Made by a program: the position numbers and the translations under genes
NCBI GenBank assembly: GCA_963761035.1
Contig: CAVXFH010000002.1
Span: 250,686-314,685, forward strand
DNA length: 64,000 nucleotides
From: an uncultured Gammaproteobacteria bacterium
GTDB taxonomy: Bacteria; Pseudomonadota; Gammaproteobacteria; DRLM01
Direction of reading: 5' to 3'
The notes under the pieces: model-generated
Databases searched by the model: none
What the model saw: only the letters and a program-made list of their open reading frames with translations
Told to the model about the DNA's origin: nothing
In this document: piece by piece, positions 60,701-64,000 of the stretch
How positions within the stretch are numbered: the stretch's first letter is position 1
Layout of the letters: the number at the start of each line of letters is the position of its first letter

Positions 60701-60857
60701 GAAATTTTCGCGCCGTTTCACGCAATGTGTAAACGCCTTGCTGACAGCAAAAATGAATGAAACAGCTGCACGCCTTCTGGAAAGGGCCATGGATACGGAT
60801 GCCGACATCGGGCATTTACTCAAGCAGTCCTCCCCCGTCTTAACTCCCGCATTATGA
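57770..60857 (+). pseudogene. Degraded large STAND ATPase / TPR / winged-helix + BTAD (SARP-type) transcriptional regulator
   Basis: Pieces in different frames. N-terminus LAKLSLPRLARGVARPRLFTVLD (57770 frame). P-loop GAGKTTLVATWLLE and MalT-like NTPase body (57855-59102). TPR-like pieces (59062-59505, 59466-59696, and 59697-60131 with in-frame stops at 59694, 59706, 59793, 59952 and 60090). C-terminus WPWPVRIYTLGQFKV...VSRLRKLIG...LYRGAFLSDEDGEW (60132-60857) is typical of OmpR-like wHTH + BTAD. Confidence 0.75.
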
Positions 60858-60921
60858 ATTAGTCGCAGCACGCCGGTATGGGTTTCTATTTCCGTTGAAT
60901 TGCCTGTCGTACGCTTCTATT

Positions 60922-62508
60922 TTATTGGGCTCCGGCCGTATTCACCTCCTTAATAGGCAGCGGAAAATGAACTGTGAATGTCGAGCCATTATCAGTTGCG
61001 CTTTGCACCCGGATATCACCTCCCATCAGCCGGCAAAGCCGTTGGGTGATACTTAACCCCAGCCCGGTACCGCCATATTCCCGCGTAGTGCTCATATCCG
61101 CTTGGCGAAATTCTTCGAAAATATGCGCCTGCTGCTGCTCTGTCATGCCGATACCGGTATCGGAGACTACGATGGTCAAATCCTGATCCGTCTTCATTAT
61201 ACGTAGGCTAATTTGGCCGCCCGAGGTGAATTTAGCAGCGTTGCCCAATAGATTCACTATGATTTGCCGAAGCTTTGCATTATCTATCATTAGCGAGCCG
61301 TTATCGCCCTGAATGTCGACGGTGAGATTATTATCATTTTTCCCTGCTAATATTTGGATAGTTCCCGCAATTTCGTTTATCAGTTCGTTAAGATCTGTTG
61401 GTTCAATCAATACATCCATATGGCCGGCTTCAATCTTTGCCAGATCCAGAATGCTATTGATCATGGTCAAGAGATTATTGGCCGCCTTCTGTACGCGTCG
61501 CAAATCGACCACGATGTCCTCATTGCCCTCAGCCTCCAATTCCTCTATAGCAATTTCCGTATAGCCGATGATGGCGTTAAGAGGGGTGCGCAGTTCATGG
61601 CTCATATTGGCCAGAAATTCGGATTTATGCCGGCTTGCCATCACGGCCTGGTCGCGCGCCTCCACCAATTCCCGGGTTCGCAAGAAAACCTCGCTCTCCA
61701 GATTCTCGTTTTGATCACGGAGACGCTTGTCTCGCTCATCCAAGGTCGCCATCATACTGTTGAATACGCGGGCGATAGCCTTGACCTCCGATGGTCCCGT
61801 CACGGGAGCGCGTACATCACTGGCGCCCTCACCCGCCTGCTGCATTATTCCTGATAAATTATGCAGCGGTGACGTGATTCGGCTCACCAATACTCTCAAT
61901 ATAAATATCAGTACAATAGCGAACATCGTTGCAACAGCGACATTATTCAGAAAGATTTGGATTTGCGCTTCATGCAAGGCACGCTTAGTTAAAGAAACCT
62001 GAACATACCCAAGCCATTCCTGAGCCGAGTCCATCGGTTTCCGCGGGAACTCGATATCAATGTCACCCTGCTTTGGTGAGAACACAGGCGCTACAAAGTC
62101 AAGTGACTCACTCGTTTCGTTGGCAAAATACGCCGCATTATGCTTGACCGCATCCTGCCGCAACAAATGCGGCAGCCAATTCACACGTTTGCCCATCTCC
62201 AACAGGTTTGTATCCTCGGCATCCTGGATGGCGACATATTCCACGTTAGGAAACGCCAAAATGGCGCGCGCTGAATCTGTCGCGTTTTCCTTCGATGCGT
62301 ACACCAGCGCCAAGACACTTTGTGCGGCAAAATTATCCGCTATCTTCTTTCCTTGTTCAATCAGCTGCTCTTTCAGTCGTTTACTCTGCAACCATGCGGT
62401 CGTAATGGAAGAGCCAAGCGCCAAGCATACGACGCCCAAGGCCACCGTCCACAAAAGTTGGCGGCGAAAGCTGCTAGCCTTCGGAACGATGTGCGTTGTC
62501 TGATCCAT
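60922..62508 (-). CDS. Sensor histidine kinase (two TM segments, HAMP, HisKA, HATPase_c; no receiver domain)
   Basis: H-box [17 protein letters not shown]-box [10 protein letters not shown]-boxes DTGIGM and [13 protein letters not shown]. Periplasmic loop between [23 protein letters not shown] and [19 protein letters not shown]. Confidence 0.9.
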   Translation of the reverse strand: MDQTTHIVPKASSFRRQLLWTVALGVVCLALGSSITTAWLQSKRLKEQLIEQGKKIADNFAAQSVLALVYASKENATDSARAILAFPNVEYVAIQDAEDTNLLEMGKRVNWLPHLLRQDAVKHNAAYFANETSESLDFVAPVFSPKQGDIDIEFPRKPMDSAQEWLGYVQVSLTKRALHEAQIQIFLNNVAVATMFAIVLIFILRVLVSRITSPLHNLSGIMQQAGEGASDVRAPVTGPSEVKAIARVFNSMMATLDERDKRLRDQNENLESEVFLRTRELVEARDQAVMASRHKSEFLANMSHELRTPLNAIIGYTEIAIEELEAEGNEDIVVDLRRVQKAANNLLTMINSILDLAKIEAGHMDVLIEPTDLNELINEIAGTIQILAGKNDNNLTVDIQGDNGSLMIDNAKLRQIIVNLLGNAAKFTSGGQISLRIMKTDQDLTIVVSDTGIGMTEQQQAHIFEEFRQADMSTTREYGGTGLGLSITQRLCRLMGGDIRVQSATDNGSTFTVHFPLPIKEVNTAGAQ

Positions 62509-62520
62509 GGTTATTTTGCA

Positions 62521-63486
62521 TCAATGCTCCGGAAACACCAGGGCAAATTTTCTTAGCAAGTCGTTGGAAATGGACAAACCAATATGTTCCGCCGTGCGCA
62601 TGTTGATCGCTGCTTGCAGAGCCTGCAGAAGTACAATGTTATTCGCGATATTTCGACTATCAGTATTCAGATAGCTCTCTGCCAATATCGCGATATCTTT
62701 CCCCATTTTCCTATTATCCGGAAAAAGGGCGAAAAGCGCACCGCGTCTGACATAAGTGGGATTGCTGGAAAATACCAATATGTCTTGATCCCACGCCCCC
62801 CTCAATAATAACGGGAGAATAACTTTATCATCCACCGCAACCGGATCCGGTAGCAACCATATGGCATCTTCGCCCGATCGGCTTTTATTAATAATGTCGC
62901 GATAGATAAGGGCTGAATTCTTAATATCGTCAGACTCGTGGGTAACAAGGTGAAAATTTCTTTTTGCCGCCGATATACGGGCGGCTTGTACAAGCCATGC
63001 GCTGCTCTGCGGGCTATACACAACGTGCACCATTTTGACTGTCGGCGCAATTTGCTCAAGGTAGGAAAAGAAAACGTCGGGATCCGCGGCAAGACTGATT
63101 CCTGCAATACCACGATCTTTCTTATCCGGAGTCAGCAGTAATGCTCCGGCTACAATTGGTATTTTTCCCTTCCATTGCTGCGCGGCGGCCAACCCCGTTC
63201 TTCCAAGTGCGATGATGACCGCTATATCTTCCCGATCTATGGTCGCTTTCAGTTGATTAAGATCGACATCTTCCCCCACGGTGAATAATTCTACCGGCTC
63301 CTTGATTTGCTCCTGAATACCCTCGACAATGGAGGTCACCACATTGCGATATGGCTCTTGAAGATCCGGATAAAATACCGCGATAGCCGGCGACTGTTCT
63401 GCTTGCGTGATGGGAGAAAATACCAAAGTCAGAACGAAGACCAGGGCGGCAATGTCGGGTACTGGAAAATGGCGGGGCGTTGTCAC
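62521..63486 (-). CDS. Periplasmic solute-binding-protein-like protein (ABC_sub_bind type), co-oriented 12 nt upstream of the kinase
   Basis: Signal/anchor sequence IAALVFVLTLVFSPITQA, then IAVFYPDLQEPYRNVV...VIIALGRTGLAAA..., as in orphan ABC substrate-binding proteins often paired with sensor kinases. Confidence 0.6.
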   Translation of the reverse strand: MTTPRHFPVPDIAALVFVLTLVFSPITQAEQSPAIAVFYPDLQEPYRNVVTSIVEGIQEQIKEPVELFTVGEDVDLNQLKATIDREDIAVIIALGRTGLAAAQQWKGKIPIVAGALLLTPDKKDRGIAGISLAADPDVFFSYLEQIAPTVKMVHVVYSPQSSAWLVQAARISAAKRNFHLVTHESDDIKNSALIYRDIINKSRSGEDAIWLLPDPVAVDDKVILPLLLRGAWDQDILVFSSNPTYVRRGALFALFPDNRKMGKDIAILAESYLNTDSRNIANNIVLLQALQAAINMRTAEHIGLSISNDLLRKFALVFPEH

Positions 63487-63698
63487 AAATAATCGTTCTT
63501 ATGATTCTTCCATGAAGTACATTTCATCTCGGGCAAGCTTAAATGACCTGGGAAATCGATATCGATTTAATGCCGAACGTCAAAGCCGATTTGATCCCAA
63601 TTTATCGCGATCGGCTAATTGTTCATAACCGTTATCAAACTTTGCTCTTCCGTGCATGACAGTGGCATAGTCCTCTGTCTTCAGGATACATCAGGTCA

Positions 63699-63887
63699 TT
63701 AATGCACAACCTTAGCGATGGGCCGCATTACCTCATCCGGATTACCCAAATCCGATTTGTTGTTGTGAACGCCCAACAACAAGCTATCGTGCCGCAAAAC
63801 ATGCTTGCCAAACGTAGGGTCCCGCGTGACATCGAATAGCTGTAGCTGTAGATCTTCCTCACCCTCATATTTGCGCCGATTGCTCAT
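63699..63887 (-). CDS. Hypothetical protein, 62 aa
   Basis: Only an ORF; no recognisable motif. A GGGAGG motif lies upstream of the ATG on the reverse strand. Confidence 0.3.
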   Translation of the reverse strand: MSNRRKYEGEEDLQLQLFDVTRDPTFGKHVLRHDSLLLGVHNNKSDLGNPDEVMRPIAKVVH

Positions 63888-64000
63888 AATCAGTACCTCC
63901 CGCTAGTGAGAAGAAATGAACCCATTTCGCTCCAGGAGTCGAGGGCAATTATTCCACCACATCGCTCTATCAACGTATCGGCTCAGAATTGAATTGCTTT

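Overview
Chromosomal segment of a GC-rich proteobacterium. Gene order and protein signatures look gammaproteobacterial, but the organism cannot be named from the sequence alone. About 1-51.2 kb is tightly packed housekeeping DNA. It holds partial clpP and tig behind a five-tRNA cluster, aroC, hemN plus a c-type cytochrome, a frameshifted prmB, tamA-tamB and rimO. It also holds redox and repair genes (trxC, a YbbN/CnoX-like thioredoxin-TPR protein, msrA, a macro-domain protein), a CspA-family gene, greB, rhlE, nadA and aspS. The remainder comprises an Atm1-type ABC exporter, a thymidine/AMP-phosphorylase-like + PRPP-synthetase-like + DUF1614 operon, an HD-GYP protein, an SDR and acnA. From about 51.9 kb to the right edge the composition drops: my spot counts of single 60-nt lines give 33-48% GC, against 60-68% in the core. 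The content there is accessory. It starts with a co-directional cassette of a TPP-dependent enzyme (with a large Arg-rich insertion), a TonB-dependent receptor and two citrate-synthase-fold paralogs. Then come a truncated IS3-like left end, a heavily decayed STAND/BTAD (SARP-type) regulator pseudogene, and a periplasmic-binding-protein + histidine-kinase pair. The best candidates for undescribed biology are that cassette, a pair of diverged cytoplasmic YVTN beta-propeller paralogs with conserved Cys/His motifs, and the phosphorylase/PRPP-synthetase-like/DUF1614 operon. Smaller oddities include an HPF-cold-shock-domain fusion, an Lpp-like lipoprotein with a hexa-lysine tail, two unannotated small membrane peptides and several perfect palindromes or phased repeats in leaders. 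I saw no CRISPR array, rRNA, intact transposase, prophage or recognisable defence or toxin-antitoxin module. All calls rest on reading the sequence and remembered family motifs; no database search was possible.
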